A stretch of DNA of 64,000 nt from Azolla caroliniana (Eukaryota > Plantae > Polypodiophyta): NCBI GenBank assembly GCA_043228905.1, contig JBHGNT010000015.1, forward strand, positions 8,494,001-8,558,000, in the 5' to 3' direction. The notes under the pieces are model-generated. The model was not told the origin of the DNA, did no database searches, and was given only the letters and a program-made list of their open reading frames with translations. Positions 1 through 12,800 of this stretch are shown here, in pieces. A program made the translations under genes and the position numbers. Numbering within the stretch: position 1 is the stretch's first letter; each line of letters starts with the position of its first letter.

Positions 1-1140
1 CACACAAAAAGTCCACAAACAAGAAGGCAACCCTCTCGTGGACGACTGGTCAGAAACCACCGAGTTTGAGACCAACCTCCTAGCATGTCACCCCAGAAAG
101 GCAGTTCAAATCTTGGCTAGGGGTCAACCGTTTCCCCAAAAATCCACTAATCCTAGGGTAGGGAATGCGTGAGAAGACCAATCCGAAGCATCCTATGCGT
201 CGGAGATGAATTGGGTGCATGCTCTAGCCATGACCGATGCAATGTACCCCATTGGTACAAAGTGTCGCAATGAGGATGGAGACACGATCTCGTGTTTTAA
301 TGTCACCACTCTCGTACCCCAGCGGAAACCAGTAGAAGTAAAAGACGAAGACTTCACACAACGAATCACGTGCCAAGTGAATGCCTCCTGTCGCCAAGCA
401 AGAACATCGTCTCCTTCCAAACAGAAAATGGGGTGAGGTCCGAGAAACTTGTTGCAACAACACTCGAATCACGTCTCACTGATCTCGACGAACTTCAAAG
501 CGCGAAACCACCCAACCAAAAAGAAACCGCACAACCACTGGCCATCCACGACTAGAGCAACGCTAACATCAGAACAAAGACACCCGTGCCATGCAAATGG
601 GTGAACATCCATGCGATTTTCGCTCAAGGACCACACCGTGGAGAAAAGCACTAAAAAACGCCCAATGCCGCTACCAGGTTCTGGGTCCCGAAACAAATCC
701 CACTTCCCACCCGAGACCGTACCACAACTACACGGGACACCCGACAACTGCGCACATTGGTCAAATACCCTGCCCACGTAAAGGCCATAGAACTTGACAA
801 GACTAAACAACTAGGAGGCCGAATGCCCCATAAAAGTACTTCACAGGCCCTCCTCGTCCCTTTGACAAAGATGTCACGGGTCTGGCTCCTTAAAAATATA
901 CAAAGACCCTCGAACAACACCCCCCCCCCCCCCCCCACACCCACCCCCTAAAGTCCTCCCAAAAACTCCTAAATTTCCCAAACTCTCACGAAACCCCCAG
1001 TGGACCCCCGTCCAACTCTACTGTCCGCATATAAACCTTGGCCCGCCCCACACTCTTTTAAACCCACCTCCTACCTTATGTCATCCCGATCATCAACTAC
1101 TCGACCCGTCTTCTCCCCCGACCTCTGTTACCGCAACCGA

Positions 1141-2215
1141 TGTCGTAAAGATTTTCGCCAACGGTGTGAAAATTGAATGGAATGTACAAAATTGAGTGTG
1201 GTTCTTTACACACAACATAAAAAAATAATACTGAAGATACCATTTTATACTAGTTTAATATCTTGGTACAAAAAGATGGAGGTCCTCAAGAGCTTTTAAA
1301 TGTACTTTACTACATTTAAAACTAATAACCAAATGTCAAGTTATGTGAATGTGAAGTTTGAGAAGAAGAAGAGAAAAACAAAATTTTAAGATATCCCACA
1401 TAGATAGGACAACATCATGATTCAAGAGTATATAAGTAAAAGTTTGTGAAGTATGCAAGGAGCACAAAAAGGTTAAGTTGTATAACTTGGATGAATAGAG
1501 TGGCCAAGTTATTCGAATAGTATTTTGGACGGAATCGGAACCGGACTCGGACGGATGACGATGGATCCGGGAGCAGGACCGGACGATGATTGGATGAAGC
1601 CGGCGAGACGGCGATGGACAAGATCGGATTGAACCGGTCGGGACATGCGGATTAGTCAGTTGATCGCGATGCATGGTGTTTTGAAGATTTTCGGTGTAAA
1701 CACAAGACCAAAAGCTTGGTAGTATTTTGTGTTTTGAAAAGGATGTGAGCAAGGCTTGAACCTTGCACCTCCAAGTTGAAATTCAATAGGCTTACCATTA
1801 AGCAAAGTCATATCTTCAAAAGCTTTACTTTGATCATTTTCTATGTAAATTCTCATATATGGTTATCATGTAATACATGAGCGCCAAATGGCAAACATGC
1901 ATCTCATGCATGTCTTGCACCCTCACAAGCATCATGTGCTTGGGGGCATCTATAAAAGAGTGGATGGGGAGGAAAAACGAGCTATGTATTAATCAAGAAA
2001 TTACGAGAAGGAAAATTCCTTATCCCATTTTTGTGATGTATTAATCTTGTCTCTCAAATCTAAAGTCAAGTGTTCCATCTTATCTCAATCTCTCTCTCTT
2101 TCAATCTATCTTAAATACTTTCTCGCTAAAGCTAGTGAAAACTTCGAATCCTTTCGACCCAGAACCCCGGCGGTTCCGCCTCACGATCCACACGTAGTGA
2201 CGAATCTTCACGACA
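1141..2215 (+). mobile_element. Solo LTR (TGTCGT...ACGACA family)
   Basis: Inverted termini TGTCGTAAAGATT / AATCTTCACGACA, flanks CCGA/CCGG (4-bp TSD, one mismatch), CTATAAAAG near 1950, and blocks shared with 7591-9371. Confidence 0.8.
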
Positions 2216-2240
2216 CCGGTAGACAATAACCCCCCCCTTC

Positions 2241-5200
2241 GGTTTTAGCCCGGTGAAGAGCTTGAATGTTTTGTGGGGCTTACTTCTGCTTGGCCTCCTG
2301 TGCAAGACCCCGCTCGGCGCGACAAGCCCGTGAGCTCCCCGATTGGCGGCTTGGCAGTAGACTGTTGTTGTAACTTACCTCGGTCCGGCTCGAAGTCGGC
2401 GTTGTATTCTTTCCCTTGTAATATACATGCGCATACCTATTTGTGCATAATGGTGTCTCTGTTGGTGTCGAGTGCATAGCCCCTCCTTTGTTTTGTTGTA
2501 CATAAGAGTCGGAAGAGCCGGGATGACGCGACTTCGACCAGTGGGTGGCATCGACGAAGACCTACCGGGGCGCAACGAAGGTGTTCCGAGAGTTCGAGAG
2601 ACGGCTTGCTAGGCTCCAAGAGCGGGAACAAGGTCAAAGTCCTGTTGTTCGTTAGGTCGATCAACCGAACGGAACGGGAGGCCATCAAGATTGAGCTCGA
2701 AGACGATGATAGAGTGAATGGCCTTACGGAGGACTGGTCGAAGGTTGGAAGGGTATGCCAACGGCTAGAAGGTTAAGAGGAAGGAGCGCGACGGTGTGCC
2801 ATCACAACGGGAAGAGGTTGAACGTCAAAGAGAGTCGGCAAGGCTTGGCTTCACGGCCAGGATTGCGGAGGCGTACGCAGCTCTTGAGGCAATGCTTGAG
2901 GAAGAGGAAAGATTGAGGCGGCAAGCCGACGCCGAGGAGACGAACTTGCCCCACGAGATGGTAGAAGATCGGTATGACAGTACCACGGGAGAGGGTGCGG
3001 AACAAAAAGCCCTCTCGGCTTGCAGAGATAGAACGGCCAAGGACAAGGTCGAGATACTGATCGCGGAATCAGAACGTCGGGACCAGCGGTTTCGGGCACG
3101 TCAACCCAAAACTCCGGACATTGGAGAAGCAAGCCCAGGAGGGGCTTGCACGATCGGTAAAGGGACGACCACCGACCACGAGGAGCCGGTGGCTATGGAC
3201 CAGGGCGTAAATAGGACTGGCGATTCTACGTGTCTTCCCACACTTGCTCCGAGTGCCCACGTGAGTCCCAAGAGTAGGAAGGCGGCGGCGAGAGACTCAG
3301 AATCATCGGCGAGACGATACGAGGAAGGAGCGGACAAGAGCCCTCGGAACAGATTCCGGAGAACTTGGCATCGGGCCCTTACGCCCATGTGAGACCGAGG
3401 AGAAGGATGGCAGTATCGAGGAGTCTTGGCATGATGCCATCGAAGATGGATGGGAGGTGGCCCACGAGAAGGTTGACGAAGAGACCAAGAAATGACTCGA
3501 CCGAGGTCCGAACCACGCGGCACTCCGATTCGGGTGGAGCTCGATCCGGTCGTGGATTGTTCGACCTTGGCTAGAATCAGCATGAAGGTGTCGATACGGG
3601 AGAGGGTGTGGAACGAGCTGCCCTCTTTTACATGGGGAGAAAGACCGATCGGGCGAAGGTCGGGAATCGAAAGGAAGGTGATCAAGGGTTCAGAACGAGT
3701 CCGGCAAGGTCAGCATCAGAGCCGAAACTCCGGACATTGGAGAATCAAGCCCAGGTGGGGGTTGGTTGATCACAGAGTGGATGCTTTCCACCGACAGCAC
3801 TAAAAGGGTCGGTGGCCCTGGACGAGTCGCCGAAAGACTTTGCGAAATCGATTACCCCACATCTTGTCCGGAGACTTCGGCAGTTCGGTCGACGTGGCAA
3901 CATGAGACCGAAAGAGATGGAAGATGGAGGCGGGAGCACAACGAGGAGAGCGACGATGAGTTCGGGAGAAGTACAAGGGATGAAGCGGAGAACGAAGACC
4001 TGTCCTACGGATATCCTCACACCGATCCGGTTGTCGGCCCGAATGCCGGCGTGAGCCCTATAGGAGAGATCGGTGGTGACAGGAGAACGGAACCCGGCAA
4101 TCCAGAGAATGACGGGCGGACCTGGAGGAGAATGGGGCGGAAAGGACTTCCGGATAACTGATCCAGAAGAGAGGAGAGAGCAAGCCTACAAAGAGACCGG
4201 GAACACGGTACGTCGGTACCACGGGAGAGGGTGTGGAGCGAGCATAGACGACCTGGGATAAGGGTCAGAGACTTAATGGAGGCCCAAGGAGGATCCTTCA
4301 CACTAGTTCTAGAGACTCCGACAGTTGGCCTGAGAGCCTGCGTGAGACCTAGAGTGACGATTGGTGGCGGCGAGGGGACGAAGGCAAAGAACTACGGATG
4401 GGCGGTCCATGAAGATCCTCACACCGATCTGGCAGTCGGCTCGAGTGCGGACGTGAGTCCTATAGGAGAGATCGGTGGCGGCAGGTGAACGTGACAGCCG
4501 AAGAGGCCGATGCGGAGGTCGGGAAGACAGCATGCGGTGCTGCAATGACCTTACACACACCGGTTCTAGACACTCCGGCAGCCAGCAACGAGGTACGGCG
4601 TGAGACCTAGAGAGAAGAACGGTGGTAGCGGCAAGGCGGGCAACCGAGATGCCAAAAGGGGGAGATGTACGGAGATCCTCACACCGATCCGGCGGTCGGC
4701 CCGAGTGCCGCCGTGTGTCCTATAGGAGAGATCGATGGCGACAGGTGAACGTGATCGGAAGGCGAAGAGGAAAGACTGAGGGTGGGCGGTCAGTGCAGAT
4801 CCTCACACCGATCCGGCGGTCGACGTGAGTCCTATAGGAGAGATCGGTGGCAGCAGGTGAACGTGACAGCCGAAGGGGAAGGCGAAAGATTGATGATAGG
4901 CGGTCTGCGGAGATCCTCACACCAATCCGGCGATTGGCCCGAGTGCCAGCGTGAGTCCTATAGGAGAGATCAGTGGCGGCATGTGAACGTGACAACCGAA
5001 GGGGAAGGCGAAACATCAGAAGGGGAGGTCCCACGGAGATCCTCACACCGATCCGACGGTCGGCTTGAGTGCCGGCGTGAGTCCTATACGAGAGATCGGT
5101 GGCGGTAGGTGAACGTGATCGGACGACGGGAAGTAGAGCGAAAGAAGGTATGAGGCCGACGAGGCGGCCACAAATCGGATACGGGCCAGACCGGCAGGGT

Positions 5201-6950
5201 CAGCAAGACAAAGATCGGACGCGCTTGGTACGCAAGTCGGTAACCCAACAAGATGGAGGCCCAAGAAGGATCCTTCACACCTGTTCAGAGACTCCGGCTG
5301 TTCGGCCGACGTGGCAACGTGAGACTGAGGGTAATGGGAGGTGGTGGCAAGGGGATGAAGGCGGCAATAGCAGAGGCACCGACCAACCAAGGCGTTACGA
5401 GAAAGAAGGAGGCCGTGCAGGCCAGGAAGTGGCAAGGGTGATCTTCCGGTGAGCTGCTAGGGACACCCAGTTAAGGAGCGGTGGGCCGAGCTGAAAAGGG
5501 GCACACCCGAAAGAGGAACAGAAGATGTGTGTGTGGCCATCAAGGGCCAAAGCGAAGCACGAGTACGGGATCTTGTTCGGCACAGGTAGTGCCAAACAAG
5601 GAAGGCGGAAGACGGCACACGGAGGTGCCAGGAACGAGAACACGCACGCGCGTAAACAAACTACGCGGGATGGAGACCGGAAAACAAGATCGAGGATCGG
5701 AGAACGATCCTCCACGCCTGCTTCAGAGATCTCAACGGATTAGTCAGAGTGGCAACGACTGGTGTGGCGTGCCAAGCCCGAGATAACAAGCTGGTGAGAG
5801 CGAGGAGACGACGGCAAGCAGAAGGCTCCAAATCGGTGGCAGAAGCGCAAGACGAATGTGTGGCCTAGCGGGCCATCACGGGTGCTCCTCGGATGGAGGA
5901 CACCACATATCCGAAGGGATGAGAATCATGCATACGGCCAAAGGAAGGGCCAACGGGAAGCACGCGCACTACGGGATCGCAGCAAGGCCCTATCGACGGG
6001 TCAATCGAGCCTACGGAGAGGCAAGCGCGCGGAAGAACCGGAGCCGACGGTTCAGACCGGCAAAGCCGACGTAGCAGCCAGAGTGCGGGTTACGAAAGAC
6101 TGGATCCTCACCTACCGAAATCTTTCACCTTCCCCGAATTTGGCACATGCCAGTGGATGTGCGGTTTGGTGGGGGCGGATGTCGTGAAGATTCCGGGCCA
6201 TAGTGAGAAACTAGGGAATATCGAAAGAATCGGCGGGGTGGAGCATGTGCACTCACCCTTATACAAATCATGTAAAGGATAGGGGTGCCGTTATGGGCCG
6301 GACAGTAGTTAATTCAGGATAGAGGATCCCATGTAATAAGGGATTTATCCCACATTGTTACGCTTCCCTCTCCTTGTTCTATAAAAGGAAGGGAGTGCCC
6401 TTTGTGAAGGGGTTGCCCATTTTGAGTTAGGAGGGTATACCACTTCGGTCGAAGGTGTGTTAGTTCTTCTTCTTCTTCTTACTTTAGAGTTCTTTGAGGT
6501 CTTCTTCTTCGTGTCTGTTTAGGGTTTTAGCCCGGTGAAGAGCTTGGATGTTTTGTGGGGCTTACTTCTGCTCAGCCTCCTGTGCCAGACCCCGCTCGGT
6601 GCGACAAGCCCGTGAGCTCCCTGATCGGCGGCTTGGCAGTAGACTGCTGCTGTAACTTACCTTGGTCTGGCTCGAAGCCGGGGTTGTATTCTTGCCCTTG
6701 TAATATACATGCTCATACCTGTTTGTGCATAATGGTGTCTCTATTGGTGTCAAGTGCATAGCCCCTCCTTTGTTTTGTTGTACATAAGAGTCGGTGTTGT
6801 GCGCATGCTCTCCCTCTCCTCTCTCTCTCTCTCGTGTTCCGCCGCATCTGGGTCGTGCCCGGTGTCAGTTTTCTTGGAATTCTTTTTCTCCCTCATTCGA
6901 GACCCCCGTGATCCCGCCCCTTTCACACGCACGCATGTAACAACGCGACA
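2241..6950 (+). mobile_element. 5'-truncated non-autonomous Gypsy-type element with gag remnant and internal repeat arrays
   Basis: 2241-2512 repeats at 6523-6794 (partial 5' LTR). Gag-like remnant FDQWVASTKTYRGATKVFREFERRL..VLLFVRSI..GLTEDW resembles 35600-35900(-). PPT GGTGGGGGCGGA, then LTR 6180-6950 (TGTCGTGAAGATT...CGCGACA). No pol motifs. Confidence 0.72.
4009..5120 (+). repeat. Array of six ~85-nt structured repeats, interleaved with a second repeat type
   Basis: Consensus GATCCTCACACCGATCCGGCGGTCGGCCCGAGTGCCGGCGTGAGTCCTATAGGAGAGATCGGTGGCGGCAGGTGAACGTGA at ~4009, 4411, 4671, 4796, 4909, 5035. Second type (CTTCACAC..AGAGACTCCG..CGTGAGAC) at ~3850, 4290, 4550, 5270. Confidence 0.9.
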
Positions 6951-7590
6951 CTATCGCTGACGTTTGCTGGTGGATGGCATTCCCTTCCGTACCACAAAGA
7001 CCCATGGCATCATCCCCAACATCATCCCTACCGCCTACACCAAATATTCCGGACGCGAAGGTTGGTGTTACACTAAAATCCCCCCTCACCTCCACGACCG
7101 TTGTAGCGCTATCGCCCTAATTGGTGACACCACCTCTACCGACACCATCGCCCTCATATCGACGAGTTCCTTAAGTGGGCACACGATCCTCAACCGGTCT
7201 AGTGGGCTTACGAACTCATTCAATGGGTCAAGGAATGGCAAACACGACCCAAATCAGTCACCAATTTCGCATGGTTCCTCACTCGTTACCTGTGTGCAAA
7301 GTTTAACATCGGCCCTCTAGCCCCTCCATACACTACCAGGAACAACACCGCAAGATAACTGTACCAGGTCAATCCGAGCGGCTCCGCATTCCAGAACGTG
7401 ACTTCTTAAGGCAAGTCCACCAAGGCGAATGAGAGCACCCACCAACGCACAAACAACCCCAAATCACCCATGTGACAGCCGAAGATACCCTCGACACACC
7501 TGGAGATATCACACATTGTGTCAAAGAATTCCAGATACGCGAATTCAACCCCACCGAAATCCAAGAATTGTCAACTACATTCCACTACGT

Positions 7591-9371
7591 TGTCGTGTGG
7601 TTTTTCACACACGATATGAAAACTAGTAAAATAACTATTTACGATTAGCTTAATATATGGATATGGAAAGATAGATGTGTTAAAGAGCTTCATAGCGTAT
7701 TTTACTACGCATAAAACGAATAAACAAGTATCAAGTTATGTGAGTGTGAAGTTTGAAGAAAAGAAAACAAAAGACAAAATTGTGAGATATCCCACATAGA
7801 TAGGACAACATTGGAACCCAGAATATATAAGGGAAACCAAAACATATTCATTCTATCAATGTGTGGAGCATAGGATGTTCAAGGTGACTTGGGCTACACT
7901 ATGTGGTGTGCACGCTTCGGGTGTATGCCCGTCTAAATGGCCGTGTGGACGTTCTCGGAAGTATGCGCGTGTGCAAGTTTCGGGCGTACGCGTGGACGTT
8001 TCGGACGGACGCGTATGTGCGGGCGAGCGTGCGGATGCGTGTGTGTGCACGCGCGCATGTGTGGACGCATGTGTGGATGTATGCGTATGTGCGACGCGGA
8101 CGCGTGTGTGCGCACGTGTGCATGCGTGGATGCGTACACTACGGCACAGACGAGACTTTTGTGCGCGGATGTGTATACGGTGCGGGTTGGACACGCTCGC
8201 GCGTGGATGCGTACACTATGGCGCGGTCGGGACGTGCGCATGCGTGGATGCGTACACTACTACGTGGTCGAGACTTTTGCGCGCTGACGCGTCTACAGTT
8301 TGGTTGCGACGCACGTACAGATTGCGCACGGGCTAAACTTTATGGATGATTGTGTCATTTGGCCGAATTATACGGACAATCGCATGCAACCAAAAGCCAA
8401 GGCCATGCAACTAAAAGTAAAAAGACATGAATCTAAAAATGGAAGCATGCGACTAAAAGCAGAGGCCATGCAACTAAAAATAGAGGCCATCCGACTAAAA
8501 GTGGGCATGCAAAGTAACATTGGCGCATGCGTGGATGCGTACACTACGGCACAGACGAGACTTTTGTGCGCGGATGTGTATACGGTGCGGGTTGGACACG
8601 CTCGCGCGTGGATGCGTACACTATGGCGCGGTTGGGACGTGCGCATGCGTGGATGCGTACACTACTACGTGGTCGAGACTTTTGCGCGCTGACGCGTCTA
8701 CAGTTTGGTTGCGACGCACGTACAGATTGCGCACGGGCTAAACTTTATGGATGATTGTGTCATTTGGCCGAATTATACGGACAATCGCATGCAACCAAAA
8801 GCCAAGGCCATGCAACTAAAAGTAAAAAGACATGAATCTAAAAATGGAAGCATGCGACTAAAAGCAGAGGCCATGCAACTAAAAATAGAGGCCATCCGAC
8901 TAAAAGTGGGCATGCAAAGTAACATTGGGGAGGAGGATCAACGAGGAGCTCGATATATGTCCCATTTTTTCCCTCCTAGTTTTTTTTCTTCTTTTTTTTC
9001 GCTTCTTTCTTCTTCCCTCTCGGATTCGAGAAGAAAATGATCTCGCATATTGATATCAAACTCCTAGCTTTGTTTACTGGATCTTTCTTCTCAAAAATTA
9101 TCTCTCGTATTCATATCGGACCACTCCTTGCATGGTTGTTGGCTCCTTTCTTTGAAAAACTAATCTCTCATTTCCATACCCAACCCATTGTAACACGATT
9201 TTGAAATTATAAAGAATCGATTTTCTTTTGCAATAAACGAATGATTTGCCTCTCCCTCTTGTCTCATGCTTAAAACTTGCTTGTGTTGTTCATGTTGCTC
9301 TAAATCCTTCTAGTCCAGAACCCCGGTGGTTCCGTCTCACGATCTGCACATAGTGACGGATTTTCACGACA
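7591..9371 (+). mobile_element. Solo LTR (TGTCGT...ACGACA family), expanded
   Basis: Starts TGTCGTG, ends TTTTCACGACA, perfect 4-bp TSD ACGT. 7731-7810 and 9315-9371 match 1336-1413 and 2160-2215. Confidence 0.82.
8120..8928. repeat. Near-perfect 405-bp tandem duplication inside the LTR
   Basis: 8120-8523 recurs at 8525-8928 with one mismatch seen. Built from GCGTGGATGCGTACACTA and GCCATGCAACTAAAA subrepeats. Confidence 0.95.
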
Positions 9372-9805
9372 ACGTGTCCCATCATACTAGGGCCACAACC
9401 CCTCGTACTCGCAGCTGCACCACCGAATCAATCCTTCGTGACCTACGGAACCCAACAACCCTACCCCTCCCAACCTCGCCTACCTTTCTCCTCTGAGAAT
9501 CCCCGCCTGCGTCCCCTTGCACAACCACCCAGCCACCACCCCTCATGCCTACCGACGACACCCCGCAACCTCGACCCCGTAAGCTCACCCGCCACAACGC
9601 CCTAGAAACTGAAACCCCCCTTCTTCCTCTTGAGAACCCCAACCCACCACCGTCTCCAAGCCCGGTTGTGCCCTCCACACCCACCCTTGATACCACCCGA
9701 ATGACCACCCCACCAACATCCCTACCGGTCCCTGTTCCCCACTCTAACCCATCCAACTCCCTCCACCACCACCAAACCCTTAGACAACATGGTGACAAAC
9801 ATCCT

Positions 9806-12800
9806 TGTTGAGCGGCAAGCTTAACCGGATCCGGATCGGCATCCAGAAGGGTGAGCCGGTGAGCTGGGGAGTCGGTTAGCTGGATCAAGCAGTAACCGGA
9901 AGCCAAGTAGCAGCTAGTCTACTAGGGAGTTAATATCTCGTAGTTAGTGTCAAACGCTCGTGTGAGCATTGAAGTACACCGTACTTCTGTTAGTCTGGAT
10001 GGACTTGTATAAAAGTGTTCACTGAACACATACGATGTACAGACTGAGTAGTATTTTTTGAATTGAGTTTCTATGTGCTCTGCCTCTGTCTCTGTCTCTC
10101 CCGCGTACTGTTAAGCTCTCCATTAAACATGTTTTCTGCTTTCTGTTTTCTATTGCTTCCGCACGCTATTTGTTTCTACATGGTATCAGAGCGTGAGGGT
10201 TGAGAACCTCTGCATTCGACATTCGCTTTCGCAAGAAGAAAACCTAACCTTTGTAAAGAACAAAAAAAACAAATGGATAGAGGAATGGTTAGCTCGCTCC
10301 CGGTGGAGAAGCTCGACAGATCCAACTACCCATCTTGGTCATACAAGATGCACCAGTACCTGCTTGGGCATGGTTACTGGAGCTATGTCGACAGAGCTAA
10401 CGACACAGCACCTGATGCAGCACACAAGGACTTCCCGATGTGGGAACAATCGGCAAGTAGAGTGATGTACTGCTTTGCGTCCAGTGTCGGAGACCAGCTG
10501 TTGAGCCACGTCCGAGATGCCAAGATACTGAAAGAGGCTTGAGGAAACCTGAAGAAGGTGTTCGCCGCAAGCACTACAGCCCGGAAGTTACAACTCCGAC
10601 AGGAGTTGAGCAATGTCCAGCAAAAGGACATGTCGGTGGCTGATTACACGGCCTGAATCAAAGAGATCTATGACTCGCTTGCCTCTATCAACGTCACAAT
10701 AGAGGAAGATGAGATGGTACAGGTCTGTCTTGGGGGCCTGCCGTCTAAGTTCCGAGCTTTCCGGACATCAATATGTACGAGGGAGAATACACCGTCATTT
10801 TTCGACTTACAGTCGATGCTCCTTGTAGAGGAGAACCATGCCGGTGCGTCAACAAGTGCACCCACTAACAGCCAGATGTTGTACATGGAGGCGGATCGAC
10901 CTCGTGGGCGTGGTGGAAGAGGTGGGTCGGCACATAGTGGAGGCGGTAGGCAAGGGCAAGACCGACGGTACAGAGACCGTGCCGACAGCAGTTCCGGGAC
11001 CTCCACAACTAGGGGGAGTCAAGGTGGCGTCGGAGGCCGACAAGACAAATCTGCCACGGAATGCTGGTACTATGGCAAAAAGGGCCACAGAGAAAGCAAG
11101 TGTTGGAAGAAGCGCGCCGATTCGGACAAATCTGGATCCGGCAACCGGCCGGGAGAACCGGCAAAGCTCGCACTACGCACAAGGATCAAAATGATTCGGA
11201 ATTGGGAAGACCGGTAAGGGGCCAACCTTGGTGATGAAGCACGAGGAAAATTCGATAAAGAAGACCACTTCCAAATCGGAGGAAGTGTGGTACGTTGATT
11301 CTGGTGCATCAAATCACATGACGAACCACAAAGAGTGGTTCTCCTTCCTGGAGAAACCGGAACAACCGGGAGTTGTCGAAACCGGAGACGACACTCCTCA
11401 CCCAATCACGCATATCAGTGAACTCCCTTTGAGCCATGTCGGACAAAGGGGAAAGTTGATGAACATATTGCACGTTCCGACTATCACGAAGAACCTAGTG
11501 TCGGTCGGACAGATCGTTGACCAAGGAATGTAGGTGCGATTTATGCACCTCGGGTGCTTCATCGAGGAGGAGGGCCAGATTATTGCGCAAGGGCGCAGAG
11601 ACGGGAGGATGTTCATCGTCGACACCAATGACATCAACACCACTTTGTTCACCAAAGGACAGAAGATTGAATCGGACATCGATCTTTGGCACAAGCGGAT
11701 CGGCCACGTCAATTACCGGAGGCTTCAAGACCTGCAAACGAAACAAGTTGTTTTCGGTTTGCCAAAGTTCAATGGCCGGAAGGCCCAAGTATGTGAAGCC
11801 TGCCAACTCGGGAAACAACACCAGCCAGTCAGAAGAGGAACCGGTGAGTAGTGAAGACTTTGTCGTGCTCTCCCCGCGCAAGGAACTAAGGAGACAGTTC
11901 ACACGCAAAGAGAAGGCGAAGAAGAAGATGTCGGATCATGAAACCGGTAATGATGAGTCGGATCAGAGCGGATCCGACTCAGGAAAAAAAAATGACGGCT
12001 CTTCCGTACCGAAGACCGAACCGGCCAAGAAGGGCCTCAAACCGGGTAACGGTGGGTTACGTCGGTCAACCCCCCAGAAGGAACCTGTTAAGCGGTATGG
12101 GTACAATGAGTACATGGCGCATCACTATGCATACATGACCCAGGTGGCAGAAGTGCGTGAGCCGGAGAGCTACGTAGAAGCGGCAAGGGATGCAAATTAG
12201 CGTGCCGCTATGGAGGAAGAGATGCGGGCACTTGATGCCAGCGACACATGGGACCTAGTCGACCCTCCCCGTCACAGTAAACCGATTGGATGCAAGTGGG
12301 TGTACAAGGTAAAGTACAATGCTGACGGTTCAGTTAACCGGTACAAGGCATGGTTAGTGGCAAAGGGATACGCGCAGACCCACGGAATTGACTACGACGA
12401 GACCTTCGCTCCGGTAGCGAAGATGACAACGGTTCGTGTGGTGCTGACGGTTGTTGCGGCAAGGGAGTGGCATCTTCACCAGATGGACATGAAGAATGCA
12501 TTTCTTCAAGGCGATCTACAAGAAGAGGTCTTTATGACCCAACCTCCCGGTTTTCCATCGGAGATGAACAAGTCGGCTGTATGCCGGCTGAAGAAGTCAC
12601 TTTATGGCCTGAAGCAAGCCCCTCGAGCTTGGAATGCAAAGATTACGCACCGGTTGCGTAAGTTGGGGTTTGCGGCCTCCAAGTCCGACACTTTGTTCAT
12701 CCGGCAAGGTCCGGACGGTCCGGTTTGCATCTTGTTGTATGTTGATGATCTAGTCATCCGGACTCGATGAAATCAGCCGAGTCAAGTCCCAGCTGTCGGA

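Noticed and set aside
920-948. Poly-C run (potential G-quadruplex on the minus strand)
   Set aside because: A simple homopolymer in a C-rich element, prone to slippage and sequencing error, with no further support.
2796-3392. 198-aa ORF as a host gene
   Set aside because: Low-complexity charged sequence continuing the gag remnant inside a TE; no domain motif or exon structure.
4009-5120. CRISPR-like repeat-spacer appearance
   Set aside because: Repeats are ~85 nt and degenerate, spacers resemble one another, there are no cas genes, and the context is a eukaryotic LTR element.
2241-6794. Split direct repeats suggesting a DIRS/Ngaro element
   Set aside because: No tyrosine recombinase. A PPT plus TG..CA LTR explains the 272-bp repeat as a truncated 5' LTR.
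7856-9040. Many overlapping 70-160 aa ORFs
   Set aside because: Artefacts of a stop-poor alternating purine-pyrimidine repeat inside an LTR.
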